DNA from: Entomortierella parvispora E1425
Lineage: Eukaryota; Fungi; Mortierellomycota
Assembly (NCBI GenBank): GCA_020891255.1
Contig: BQFW01000004.1
Location: 682,001-746,000 of the forward strand
Direction: 5' to 3'
Length of the DNA: 64,000 nucleotides
A model generated the notes under the pieces. That model did not search any database. It was not told the origin of the DNA and saw only the letters and a list, made by a program, of their open reading frames with translations. Positions 49,301 to 61,805 of this stretch are shown here, piece after piece. Both the position numbers and the translations under genes were made by a program. The stretch's first letter is position 1; each line of letters begins with the position of its first letter.

Positions 49301-50054
49301 TGTCAACAAAAGGCTATGCTGGACATTATTGAGAACGATCTTTTGAGACCTCTCTTGCCCTCGGTTTCGTATATGCGATTGGACGGCGCTGTGGATTCTT
49401 CCAAGAGACATGGTATCGTGCAAAAGTTCAATGCGGATCCTTCGATCGATCTCTTGTTGTTGACGACACACGTTGGAGGACTCGGTCTGAACTTGACAGG
49501 TGCCGACACTGTGATCTTTGTGGAGCACGATTGGAACCCTATGAAGGATCTTCAGGCCATGGATCGTGCCCATCGTTTGGGACAAAAGAAGGTCGTTAAT
49601 GTGTATCGATTGATCTCAAAGGGTACTCTTGAAGAAAAGATTATGGGGTAGGTGAACCATCCATGGATTGATGTCCTTGTTTCTTGTTCGTTCAGTTTTG
49701 GTCCGTATGAATCTTGTGTTAATTGCCGTCTTTTCTCTCTCTAGTCTTCAAAAATTCAAGCTTAATATTGCCAATACGGTCATTAATCAACAAAACTCGG
49801 GTCTGCAGAGCATGGACACGGACCAAATTCTAGATCTGTTCCAAATCAGCAGTGACGATGATTCTTCCTCCAAGGGCAAGAAGAAGGTGGGAGGTTCAGG
49901 CGCAGGATCTGCTGGCGGTGATGGCGGAGACGGTGCCGGAGGCGATCAAAAGATGTCGACCAAGAATGTCCTCGAGTCTCTGGAGGGTCTTTGGGACGAG
50001 AAGCAGTACGAAGAAGAGTACAATCTGGATTCGTTTATCTCCAGTTTGAAGTAG
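43399..50054 (+). CDS. MOT1: TBP-associated SNF2 ATPase Mot1/BTAF1, multi-exon
   Basis: MATRLDRLVLLLETGST..., HEAT repeats, LRKYQQEGVNWLAFL, LCDDMGLGKT, LDEGH and QAMDRAHRLGQ; C-terminus EEEYNLDSFISSL. Confidence 0.96.
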
Positions 50055-50224
50055 CTCTAGTTTGCAAGAATTCATTTCCCCTCTCTTTTACTCCCTTGTC
50101 TTTTCGTACGTTGCCGTGTTCTTTTTTGTTTTGTAATTGCATTCGCTTTCTCCCTTTTCAACATCAATAATACCTTTTGCAAGTTCTCCTTTATAAGTCA
50201 TGTCTAATATCAAGAGTGTTCTAG

Positions 50225-52001
50225 TCACAACTCATCATGTCGAGGGTTCTGCCTTGTTCGAGGATGAAGCAATTGCAAGTACTCTGCAGTGAAGACTCTA
50301 AAAATGTTGGTCCATCCCTCGACTACCTCAGGTTTGATTGCTTTTGCGTCGTCCTAAGCAGGCAATGTAAATTACAGTTAATTGCTGTCGATCGACATTC
50401 AAGACAGTTCTCGGAGCGGAAAAAAAAAAAAAAAAAAAAAAAAAGTGTCGTTACCTGCAACGTATGCCAAACATGAGGAAAGGGAGTAGGAATAATGTGC
50501 AGAATGGGCACACCCTTGTGCAGAAATGGTCTGTGGTCATCATCTACACCACCGTAGGCAGCATCCTCAGTCAAATAGGCATGGAGTGGAGTCTCGATCT
50601 CGATTGCTTCTTCTTCCAGTCGATCCATCTCATCTTCTTCCTCTTCTCCTGCCCGCTCCTCTACATTTTGAGCCTGGAGCAAAGCACGGCGTTGCTTGTT
50701 GGCCAAGAGTTGGGTGCCGTGTAATTTGGATTGCCAGAGTCGTTCTTCGATGGACAGGATATGGCGGTGAGCCCACTGAGTGGTACCGAAATAGCTTGGG
50801 ATGCGAGGGTTTTCGACTCCCAAGAGATCCAAGAGAACAAAGAGCTCAATGCCCTCTAGGTTATTGCTGGTGGATCCTCCGTTTCTGCCTGTCGCCAAAC
50901 GAACCTTGGGAACCGTTCTCTTTGCCCACAGTTCTGCCAAATGTCTAAAAGCATAAGAAGGAAAGGATGGCCCGACAGGATGTTAGAACCAATGGATAGT
51001 TTTCGCCAAGATATCCACATGAAGACTCAGAGGGAGAGAGGCGTTTACCTTGAGCCATAGAGCGAATCTGTAGCGGTCCAGTCTACAAAGGCTTCTTCAC
51101 CATCAAAAAACACAAACTGCAAGGTCGTCTCTTCATCCTCCTCCCAGCCTGCTTGCGCCGCCCTATTGGTATTGGCCCACATTTGATCCTCCAGTGCCTG
51201 ATCCAAACTGGCCGCCAGATCCAACAGGATGGCGCAAGGAACGGCCGAATCCGTGCCGGCCGTGAACGGCAACGTGTCGTCTCCTCCGTTTCCTCTCAAT
51301 CGCTGGCCCATCCGATCCAAAGCGCCATTAGGAGAAAAAGGAGCGTTGGGTGGGGGAAAGTACTTTGAGTCGAAATGAGCAGCAAAGACGAGTCGGTTGG
51401 TCGCCTTTGGATTCTTTGTAAAGATCAAGTTTGTAAAAGTCTTCATGCCATAAGGCGTCATTTCCTCGAAGCGATCCTGTTCCACATGCCAACCATGCTT
51501 GGATCTCTTCTTCTTTTGACTGTTATCACCACTGTCATCCACGGGTGCGGAGCCATCTCCTGGAGAGGTTTGGTTCAAGGCTGCGAAATGGTCCAGGATA
51601 AACTGTTGAACGAGGGTATTGTTGGCCGTTCCAGAAACGCGAGGGATCATGAGGGGGGCAAGCAAAGATCCAGTATAGGGGTTGAAACGGTTAGGATCGA
51701 GGGGGGATGCCCAGGAAGTAATCTTTTCCAAGTCTTCCACCGAAGAAGCATGCATCGTCCCCCGGGGAGTAAGCGTTGGAGCCGATGCATTCGAAACGGA
51801 AGCCACAACGGAAATCGCGAGAATAGTCGAGACCAAGGTCATCCTTCTCCAGTTGTTCTTCCGCGCATGTCCATGGGGTCCATGGTGAGAGTCTAGGGTC
51901 CTGGTTGCTCCCTGTAAGATGAATGGCGCGTCCATGGATGAAAGGTTGTTCATGCAATTGTTGCAAATGTTGCAGAGATGAGAGACAAAAAGTGGAGCCA
52001 T
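50225..52001 (-). CDS. QPCT: Glutaminyl-peptide cyclotransferase (M28 family) ending in HDEL
   Basis: AAHFDSKYF, TDSAVPC, FFDGEEAF, LYGSR, LLDLLG, DDHRPF and WHT; last exon ...RQNPRHDEL*. The start codon is uncertain. Confidence 0.88.
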
Positions 52002-52295
52002 GCTTTCTTTTTGTTCCTGGCGACTCAAAAAAAAAAAAAAAAAAATAATTCAGCATTCTAAATTTTTTTGCCTGGAGTTGAAGTTTTTTTTTTACTGTAA
52101 GATAATAAGAGTACAAAGGGTTGGGGATATCAAAGAGGTACGATTACAAAAGGTGAATGGCGAGAGAGTGTGCGTCTTCGCAGAAAAGAAGTGTTTGAGT
52201 CGATGTTGGTCCAGAGTCAAGAGATAGGAGAGGAATAGTCTCTCCTTCACTTCTTTCAACGCGCCAACGTAGAAGGGTGACCACGATCTCCTCAC

Positions 52296-53697
52296 TCATG
52301 GCCGCTGTTGCTGGACAGCGTGTTCACTTTCGACTTCCTGGATGACCTGCTCCAGAGCTTCCAAAGGTGCCGTTGTGAAAAAAGTGGCCGGGTAGATCTT
52401 GCTGCCCCAGACAGGGTGCAACAACACCTTGCAGCATCCAGCGTTCTGAAAGTCATACTTGAGCAACATCTGGCATCCCTCCACATCTGGGTACACATCC
52501 CGTCCACGCTCACTGAAGCACTGGAATGGTTCAGAAGACGGAATAAAAAAATGAGTACAGGGGCCCAAATCGAAGAAAAGATCTACATGTCTTTTGAGAT
52601 TTCAAAAGTTGATAAGAGAAATTTGTGTTTTGTTCCTTACCGGAAACCCTGAGGCCGGGTCAGTCATGTCGGACCAGTAGCCCCGTCTCTCCAAACGTTG
52701 ATGAAGTGCTGTTGACCAACGAACAAACTACAGACAAAAGAAAAGCGTGAGGGGGAAAGAGAGCAATCCATTGTTAGCCTTCTTTTTCCTCAGTCTTTGA
52801 GCACATATGACACAGAGAAAGAAAGTGAGGGTGAGAGTGAGGGTGAGCGACAGGGGGCGGACGGGAGGTGCAAAGGGTGAGGGGGCCATAGTCTGGCATG
52901 CGATCGAACGCCCCAGACCACACGATGGTGCTCCACAAAGAATCCATTCCCCACCCCCCTGTTGTTTGCGCCGCATTTCCAATCTAGTCTGCCCTTCACT
53001 CAGTTGTTTTGTTGCCACGCCAACATCTAGTCATCAGGTGTCGTTCCTTGCTTCCTTGCAATAGCCATCGAGATCAATCTCATCTTCAAGTCTGCAGGGC
53101 CAATGCTCATATCGACATCAACACAATAAAAAAGATTCAAAGAGGTGCATATCTTACATCGTCCAATCGATCATCCTTTTCCTTTGCGATTTCTGCGTCC
53201 CAGGCCACCATCTCGTTCTTGCACTTTTGGAACGTGGGCACGACTAGAAGCGAGGACAGGTCCAAGTTGGGGAAGACGGTCGCCAAATCTCGAGTCATTC
53301 GCCTTGGCGAAGTATGAATGGTGTACTCGAGAGTGGCCAGAGTGGTATATGACATTTTGGGTCCTGCGACACAGTTTGTGATTCTGGCGTTTCTGGGAGT
53401 CGTTGGCGCGGCCGCGGAGGGCATGTTCGATGTGTTGTTGTTGTTGGTGGTGGTTGTGCTATTGTTGGTGGTGGCTGTCCGCAGCGGGCAGGAGGAAATG
53501 TTGTTGCTGGTCACTTGTGCTGCAGCTGTTGTGGTACTGCTGTTCAAACTGGAATGAGACGCCGCGACCAACGAGGCATGAATGAATTCTGTGGTCAGGG
53601 TAGCGGCAGCGCTCGCCGTCGGTTGGGTATTATGGTGATGCAGCATCATGAACTGGTCCGATGGTGCCAAGGGCTCGGTCATGAGAGAATGCCGCAT
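52296..53697 (-). CDS. MMADHC: Cobalamin trafficking protein CblD-like
   Basis: LEYTIHTSPRRMTRDLATVFP, GYWSDMTDPASGFP and GCCKVLLHPVWGSKIYPATFFTTAP. Exons 53697-53158, 52727-52641 and about 52520-52296. Confidence 0.82.
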
Positions 53698-54428
53698 GGT
53701 GCTGAAAGTTGATTGAATCTCCGGGAGATGGAAGGGATGCCTGTGCGTTTTTCTGGTATTCTTGTTGTCTTGCAGACTTCGTTATTCGTTCCTTGCTTGT
53801 GCTTGATCGCTTGATTGTTTGGTTGGTTGGTGGAGCGTGGTCAGGACTTGCAGAGAGAGGAAAGAGGAGAAGAGAGGGGAGAGAAGAGATAGTGAAGAGT
53901 CAACAGAAGAGACGGAGGGACACCACAAAATCAGCTTATCGATTTGTGCGTGCTCGAAGACTCAGACGATGAGCCATAGCCATCTTCCTCAGGGGGGCGG
54001 CCAATGGCCTTGCTGGCATATGATACGATATGATCGATCTGCGTCCGATAGCCTGGTCTGGTACTGGCTGGGGACCTCTCTTTCTCAGTCTCCGAGATGG
54101 CGAAATCGAACCTTTATCGCTCCGCTGACTGTGAGTGCTCCAGCTGAGTCCGCCCGTTCTCTGCCTGCCATGTGCGTGCCTGCTCTGCCCGCAGCCTGCG
54201 CTCTTCCCTTTGAGCGGAGAAAAAAAATGGACCTTAAATTTGACCCTCGCTCACTTTGCTACCAACAGGGAAGGTCAATTGATTAGGCGTGAACCCCATC
54301 AAAATAAAATCAGTCGACTTTCCTTGACTCTCTGGGTCTTCTCTTCCGTCCGGAGAGAACAGGGTGCAAACAGAGGGGCAGTTTTTCTTCATTTTATTGG
54401 ATCAAAACAGAAAAAAACACCCTCACTC

Positions 54429-56162
54429 TCACTTTGTGCTTGGTGCTGGCCTCTTCTTGGGGGGAGGCCATGTCTTGTTACGAATCCGATCCAGTTCAAT
54501 GCCGAGCAGGAACCCAAACCGCTCAAAGAACGGGTCTGGGAGTTGCCAGCTGTCTTTATCCAAAGGTGGACCATGGCAAATCGCTTGTTCTGTCAACAGT
54601 GCAAACACATCATCGACATTGTATCGGTGTTGGTGTACAATCATTTGGGCCCTGTAGGTTTCATATCAAGCATGCAAGAACAATCATACCAATAAAAACA
54701 GTCAGAAAAGAGTATGCAAAGGTGGAGAGACCTTCTTTCGACATTTACCTTAGTTTCGGACAGGGTATGAAGTCGATCCGAGGATCGTGCGGCAATTCGT
54801 ATACTTTTGGGTCGATGTTTGGGTCCGTTTGTGGTTTAGCATTGGCCAATATCGCAAACTCTTTGTGGAGACGGTGCCTTGGTACTGCCTCCTTGTTTAG
54901 TCCCAGCATGGTCGCGACCTTGTTCCATGCCTCTTTTGTCTGTTTGTCTTCTACTTCGTCATCTTCACTGCTTTCTAGCTCCTCAAGACGAGCAATGCCA
55001 TCCTTACTTTCCTGAGGCTCAAGGTCCCATTTTTTGTCAGGTTGCGGTGTAATATCCATGACTTGACCAAAGACTGATTCATCGCTGACTACCTCCTGGG
55101 GCGTCGCCATGCTGATGTGCAGGGATTCGAGCGTGCCGGGAGGGAAGAGTGAGGATTGAAGCTCGTCAAACACAGTCGGATGTTTGGTGTATTCCGTGTA
55201 CTTTGGTAAAGTCGTGCCTGGCGGACAATACGCAGGTCGGGGTACAGAAAGACTTGCGTAGGGTGTGGTGGGAACCCCAAGTTTGCCATCCACCGTGAGC
55301 TCTTTGATAAACAAGGGCGGTGCTTTATAGAGAATATCCCCATCCATGGAGAAGACATCCTCGCCGTCAGAGGAAGATGGGGGCAAAGTAGACGGGTTAG
55401 GGGATGATAGAGACGTGGAAGGCGTTGTGGCGGCAACGCCCTCCATGTCCGAGAATGATCTCTTCCTGGGCTCTTTGTCCTCATGATGACTTTGAGCTTG
55501 ATCAGCATGAGTCTTGGCTGCAGCAGTGGATGCTGCCGCAAGTGCCGCTGATGATGCAGACAACGGTGAGGCCGCAGGCATTGCTGCTGTCACGGCGGGT
55601 GAGTGTGGTGGCGTGAACGCAGCCGGGGACATGGAGGCGGGTGGCGAGAATGGCGAGGAGACGGAGGCAGATCTGACATTGGGCGAAGCACTTGATGCAG
55701 GGGTTGAGGCTGCAGATGAAGGCAGGGTTGGCGTGGTGGCTGCCTCTGCTGGTGCTCTGGGACTTGCGCCATGTTGCTGCTGTTGCTGCTGTTGTGCCTT
55801 GTTGTGATGGTGGCGCTTGAAGAGCTCGATCTTGACCTCCTTCAAGATCGTAATGTGGTTGCCCTTGCTCAATGCGGACTCGAACGCAAAGACGACCTCG
55901 CGCAGGTAAAAGTTTTCGCTCTGGAAGGACTGGATGACGCCCTTGAGATCACGAATCTCCTGCTGGAGTTTGCTGGCGACGAGGAAGTGCTGGGTCTTGA
56001 GATCCTTGATCATACTCTCAAGTTGGTATACATGGCGCTCCTTGCGGTCCCGAAAGGCTCGCTGGGCAGCCCGGTTCTGTTCTTTGCGTTGAGCAGGACA
56101 GTAGGGCCCAGGCTTGCGACCAGGCTTTTTCCGTACCTTGACTGGCTGCTCGAGGGTATCTG

Positions 56163-56193
<31 letters not shown>

Positions 56194-56484
56194 ATTGTTA
56201 TTGTTGATGTTGTTGTTGATGTTGTTGTTGCTGCTACTGATATTGCTGTTGTGCGTGCTTTTGTTATTGGCGGTTGAGGTCTTTGGGTTAGCCAAGGGGT
56301 TGTCATTGCTGTTGTTATTGTTCTGGTTGCTGTAGATGTAATTGCTGTTGTTGTAGCTGCCGTCATGGTTGTATTGACCATACGGGGAGGGGGCAGCCAT
56401 GTCAATATCATCGTCCTGGTCCTGGAATATTAGGTCGTCGTGGTCTCTGTGGTCGTCCTCCGAGATGTAATGGCGGTTGGACAT
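54429..56484 (-). CDS. bZIP transcription factor with C-terminal DUF3425-like domain
   Basis: RKEQNRAAQRAFRDRKERHVYQLE basic region and zipper; C-terminal DPRIDFIPCPKLRAQM...DSWQLPDPFFERFGFL. Confidence 0.85.
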
Positions 56485-56969
56485 TGTTGAGCAGGACAAG
56501 CGGTTGGCTGGTGAGAATGAGGAGGAGGAGGGAAAGCAAGAAACGAAGTGGGGGGTAGAGAGAATGAGGGGGCGTGGGTATAAGGGTTAATGGGAGGATG
56601 AGAGAAAGGGATGGATGGAGCAATGACGAGAAGAGAAGAGAAGAGAGTGAGAAAAAGAAAGAGGACTGAGGGTCGAGAGGGCGGATGAAATTAGCCGATG
56701 TCGATTTGTTTCTCTCTGTGGACAGAGGCGGAATCTGTGGAGAAAGAGAGCAACACCCACCCAGAGGAAAAAAAGACGGAGACCTTCTCTTCTCTTCTCT
56801 TGTCGTGGTCCATGGCAGTGAGGGGCTTCTCCTGTTCTCTCTCCTCTTCTGCAGGTTGAAACGATCCCCTTTTGTCTCTTCTCTTCCTTCTCTTCTCTTT
56901 CTCTCGTTCTATCTCTCTCTCTTTCTGTCTTCACTCTCTTTCTCTTCACCCATCGCTCGCTGGATCGAA

Positions 56970-59660
56970 ATGCATTCGGACACAGACACAGACACGTCGC
57001 TCTTTTCTTCGGCAACACAGGCGCAGGACGGGCTGCTGCACCCAAATGGCTCACCTCCTCATGGTTACACTGCAGCAGGGACAACAGAAACAGCAACAAC
57101 AACATCAATAGAAACAGGAGAGACCTCCACCACAAAAACATTGCATCCTCCCTACCCCTCCACTGGTCCACTGCCTACCTCGCCTAGTCAACGGAGTATC
57201 GAAAAGGCCATTGCCCAAAAGTTTGCCTCTCTTGGCATTCCACAAAAGTCGGCCTGGAGAGTGCGGATGGACAGCTACGTCCTCAATGAAGGTACTTGCA
57301 TGTGCTACGCTTGGACCTGTAAAGAGACTTTTTTTTTTTTTTTTTTTTTTTTTAAAGCTAATCCATCCCTCTTTGTCCAACCAGGTCCAAGGGTCTTGTT
57401 CCTGTGCTTCTGGTCCTTGTTGCAGTTGCTCATCTTTTATTTCAGCTTCGAAATCTACAACCGTACCACTCGACTGAGTCAGGCTCGGGCCACTTTGGGG
57501 ATCACCCTCGGCATTGCCCGTGGGGCTGCAGCCGTGATCAACTTTGACTGCGGACTCATCCTTTTCTCCGTTTGTCGGAACCTGATCTCGTTGCTAAGGT
57601 CAACCTTCTTGAATGACATTGTTCCGTTTGACAAGAACATCAAGTTCCATAAGACTGTGGCCTGGTCCATCGTCTTCTTCTCGATCGTCCACAGTGTTGG
57701 TCATTATGTAAACTATTATCGACTCGAGATTCAACAACAGCAACAAGAGCTGTTGTCGTCGTCCATTCAACAGGATTTAGCTGATGACAAGAAGGCATCA
57801 TCCACTGACAACAACATCGTGACAGCACAGGTGTTCAGGGATGCAAGCGGAACGATGCCTAGGACAGCTCAGGCAATGGCCGTACTGACGGGACCCGGGA
57901 TCACTGGGCATATTCTTGTATTGATACTCTTTCTCATGGTAACTTCCTCTGTCGGTAAGTTCTCTCTCCGATATTCAATTCCAAGGCGACATTAGGTCTT
58001 TTTTTTGATGTATTCACGCCGCCATAAACATGTTCAAATTTTTAGAGCGCGTCAGGAGAAAGAGTTTCGAAACCTTTTGGTACACCCATCACCTGTTCAT
58101 CCTCTTCTTCTTCACCCTCATGTACCATGGCGCATTCTGCTTCATCCGCGCTGACGCACCACCTTACTGCAAATCATCTCCTGGATCTTACAAATTTGTT
58201 CTTGGCTCTTTACTCTTTTACATCCTGGAGCGAGTCGTGCGAGAAGTTCGGGCACGGCTACCAACGGCCATCTCCAAAATCGTCCTTCACCCTTCCAAGG
58301 TCGTTGAAGTTCAAATAACAAAAGGAAGTAATGGCGGCGGCGGAGGCGCGTTCAGAGCGAAGGCAGGACAGTATGTGTTTTTAAACTGTCCCGACATATC
58401 CGCGTTTGAATGGCACCCGTTCACAATCACGTCTGCGCCTGAGGAAGATTACGTGAGTGTTCATATCCGCATCGTGGGAGATTGGACAACGGCTTTTGCA
58501 AAGAGGCTCGGGTGCTCCTTTGATGATGAGCAACAATTCTGGATCGAGGAGCTCATGAGTCGCTCTACAACTGGACAAAGCTCGAGTATTGATCAGTCGT
58601 CTATAAGAGGAACCACTGGGCTGGCAGATGCAAAGTATCGACCTGGGTCTTCAACAGCTAGTATCCTACAGCAAAGTACAGAGGTCATGACGTTACCCCG
58701 GGTTCTTTTAGACGGGCCGTATGGATCCCCAAGCGAGGATGCGTTCAATTACGAGATTGCAGTCTTGGTCGGAGCTGGGATCGGGGTAACGCCATTTGCC
58801 AGCGTTTTGAAGCACATTTGGTATAGTGTCATGCAACCAACAAAGATCATAACCCTTCGCAAGGTCTACTTTTTCTGGGTTTGCCGCGATCGAGATGTAA
58901 GCTACGCGAGGGCATTGCATGTGTTTACCTTCCATGGGCTGACGTGTGTGAGATATCGAACTGACCATTCTTTTTTTATTTTTTATTTAACCCTTCAGGC
59001 TTTCGAATGGTTCCAGGACTTACTGATTGCATTGGAAGAACAGAATCTATCCGACTTTCTAGAGATCCGATCGTATCTTACAGGTGAACTAGGGGCTGAT
59101 GAGCTGAATACCATCCTCATGGAAGCTCGAGCCTCTGCAGCCGTAACAGCAGCCAGGCACCTTAGACTAAAGAAAAAGAAACAGAAGCAAGAGTTGGCGC
59201 AGGAGATAGCTTCTGCTGATGAAGCAGAGCCACCCTCAACATCAACGCTCGATACCAGCTGTTCAGAAGATTCTCTCACAGGTAATAAGGAGGCAAAATA
59301 CAAAGGGTCATCTGAAAAGTGCAATACAAAAAAAAAAAAAAGTACATGCTGTTAACCGCAAGCTACTATATTAAGGTGATGCACTCGTGAGAGACACTAT
59401 CACCGGTCTTCGGTCTCCAACGTATTATGGCCGACCCAATTTCGACAAGATCTTTGAAGAGTTGTCAATAGCCCATCCGCGGGAACAAGGACAGGTCGGC
59501 GTCTTTTTCTGCGGACCAAAACCTTTGGGCAAGACATTGCATCGTTGTGCGCGCAAATACAAGTTCAAGTTTCATAAAGGTAATTTCCCGTACTCCTTGG
59601 TGACAAACGATGAATTTCAACCCTAACCATTCCTTCATCTTTACACTAGAAAATTTCTGA
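56970..59660 (+). CDS. noxA: NADPH oxidase, gp91phox/NoxA type
   Basis: ARGAAAVINFD, heme histidines (FHKTV, IVHSVGH, YTHHLF, YHG), EWHPFT, DGPYG, GAGIGVTPF, FFCGP, and terminal FKFHKENF. Confidence 0.93.
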
Positions 59661-59721
59661 GATAAAAAAAATTGATAATGTACAATGCAAGAGGTTTATT
59701 TTTCTAAATGTGGAGTGCGCT

Positions 59722-61805
59722 TTAAACGGCGGGCACCTCGGCGTCAGCCTTGGAGTCGCCATTGAGGTGGGTAGTACCATTCGTGAGAGCCTTGCGAGCC
59801 CCTCCAATATCAATGGGGGAGGAAGTTCCGTCCTTGTTGGCTTCTTCATAGTAATCAGAATCAGACAAGGAGGAGTTGTCACCATCGTCATCGTCGTCAC
59901 TATTCTCGTCATCCGAGCTCTCGACAGTCTCTCCTGCAGCTCTCTTGGCGGCCTTGGCCTCCTTAGCCTTCTTGTTCTTCTCCTCCTGCTTGGCCTTCTT
60001 GACAGCGGAGCGAGCACGCTTCTGTTCCTTCTTGACCATGAGCTGCTTGCGCTCCTGTCGAAGTTCTTCCAAGAACGCAGGGGCTTTCTCGACGATGGTC
60101 TCGGGGCTATCGCGGTGGATCATGAAGAAGCCCTGGAGCTGGGCGGTGGTGACTGAGCTCTCAAAAGTGATAACATTGCAAATCTCGTCTGCAATACGAT
60201 AGATCATGGCATCGTGAGCCTCCTTCTTCAATGCGTCCTTAGAATCCACGCTGGCGGCAGCGGCAGCGCTCGAAGCGGCAGGGCGCTTGACGTTGAATTC
60301 GGCCTGAGGTTCGTTGTTGGCAAGGCCGGCAGAGGACCGACTAAGGAAAAACTTGAGGAACATACCGCGGATCTGATGTCTGTCGGCATAGTCAAAGAGC
60401 ATCCTGCGGTCGCAACGGCCAGGTCGAATCAATGCAGGGGCGAGCTTTCGGATGTGGTTTGTGGTCATGAAGACAATAGATCCCTCCTGAGCGGTAATAC
60501 CGTCAAGGGCGTTCAAAATTCCAGAAAGAGTCACATTGTTGGAGCCTCCCTGTTCCTTTCCTGCCTTGCGCTTCACCAGAGCCGCATCCACATCCTCCAT
60601 GAGAAGAATGCTGTTGCGGGGAGCATTGTTCAAAAGCTGATCCAACTGCTGATCATTCAGTCCTGAGATACCGAGGTTCACAATGCAAATGGACATGCGC
60701 AAATGACCAGCAAGGGCAACGATAAAAGAGGTCTTTCCTGTACCGGGAGGTCCGTGAAGGAGGTAACCGCGACGGTATGGGACACCTCGATCGTGGTACC
60801 ACTGAGCAGAGTCGCGGAAGGTAGTAATGTCGGACAAAAGCTCCTCCTTGAGACCTTCGGCAAGAATAACAGAGTGGAAAGCACGGGGGGTGCGAGTGGA
60901 AGATCCGGACCAGTAAGTGTCGTAAGGTTGGCTGGTGTAGATGGTGGTCTTGCCTTCCTTCTTCTTGTAAGACTCGTTCATGGCATCCTCGACAATCGAC
61001 TTGAGCATTCTCATGTCCCATCCAAAGGTTGAAATGGTCAAGCTCTGCTTCTTCTGGATAGAGGCGAGGAGTCGAGACTGTTCGCTATTTTCCCCTGAGG
61101 CGCTTTCAGGTCGCTCCCGAGATACACTGACTTTGTGGCCCTTATGGTACAGGACATGCGAACCCATGCCAGGCAAGAACAAAAGCTTGGGGCGCTCATC
61201 CTTGTGGCTATCGTCGCGGTAATAACTGTGGTCGTCGTCATCCTCCGTGGGCCACACTGCCTTGACTGTCAGGTGTCGAACAGACTTTTCCAAGGGACGC
61301 TCAGCCACCCATTCTATTCAAAGATAAACAATATCCACAATATCCACAGTTAGCAAAATACAAGGCAAAGCTTGTAATATCACACCGTGACCACCATTGC
61401 GGCTCTCTATACCTGACAACCACTTGTAACACTCGTCACCCTCCTGAACCTCGACGGAGACATAAAACCATGAGATGAATTCGTTGTAGTATTGCAAAGC
61501 GAGATCCTTGAAAAAAGTGTAAAAGCTTCCAACGATCATGAGAAAAAATCCAGCAGAAAGAACGTCATTGCCCAAGACTATGATGTTGCAAACAAAAGAC
61601 AGAGTCAGTTCTGGGTTTGAAGACTTGATCAGACACCTGAACCAAGGTAGGTCCAATAGATCCTAGTCGCATTACCTCCTTTGACGACCTTCATGGCACT
61701 GGGGGAGAGAGTTGTCTCGAGGCGGGAGCCCGTTTGGACAACTTGATCAAGAACTGCGGCCGAGCTGTTCAGCAAGGCTCCGGTCTTGGCTGCGATCCAT
61801 TCCAT
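59722..61805 (-). CDS. BCS1-like AAA ATPase with charged/acidic C-terminal tail
   Basis: WYHDRGVPYRRGYLLHGPPGTGKT, LLMEDVD, TLSGILNALDG, MTTNH and ALIRPGR. Exon 1 starts MEWIAAK. Confidence 0.88.

Noticed and set aside
52728-53157. Cobalamin riboswitch in the MMADHC intron
   Set aside because: Only isolated GGGAA and GCCAG words; the B12-box architecture cannot be built. An Infernal search would settle it.
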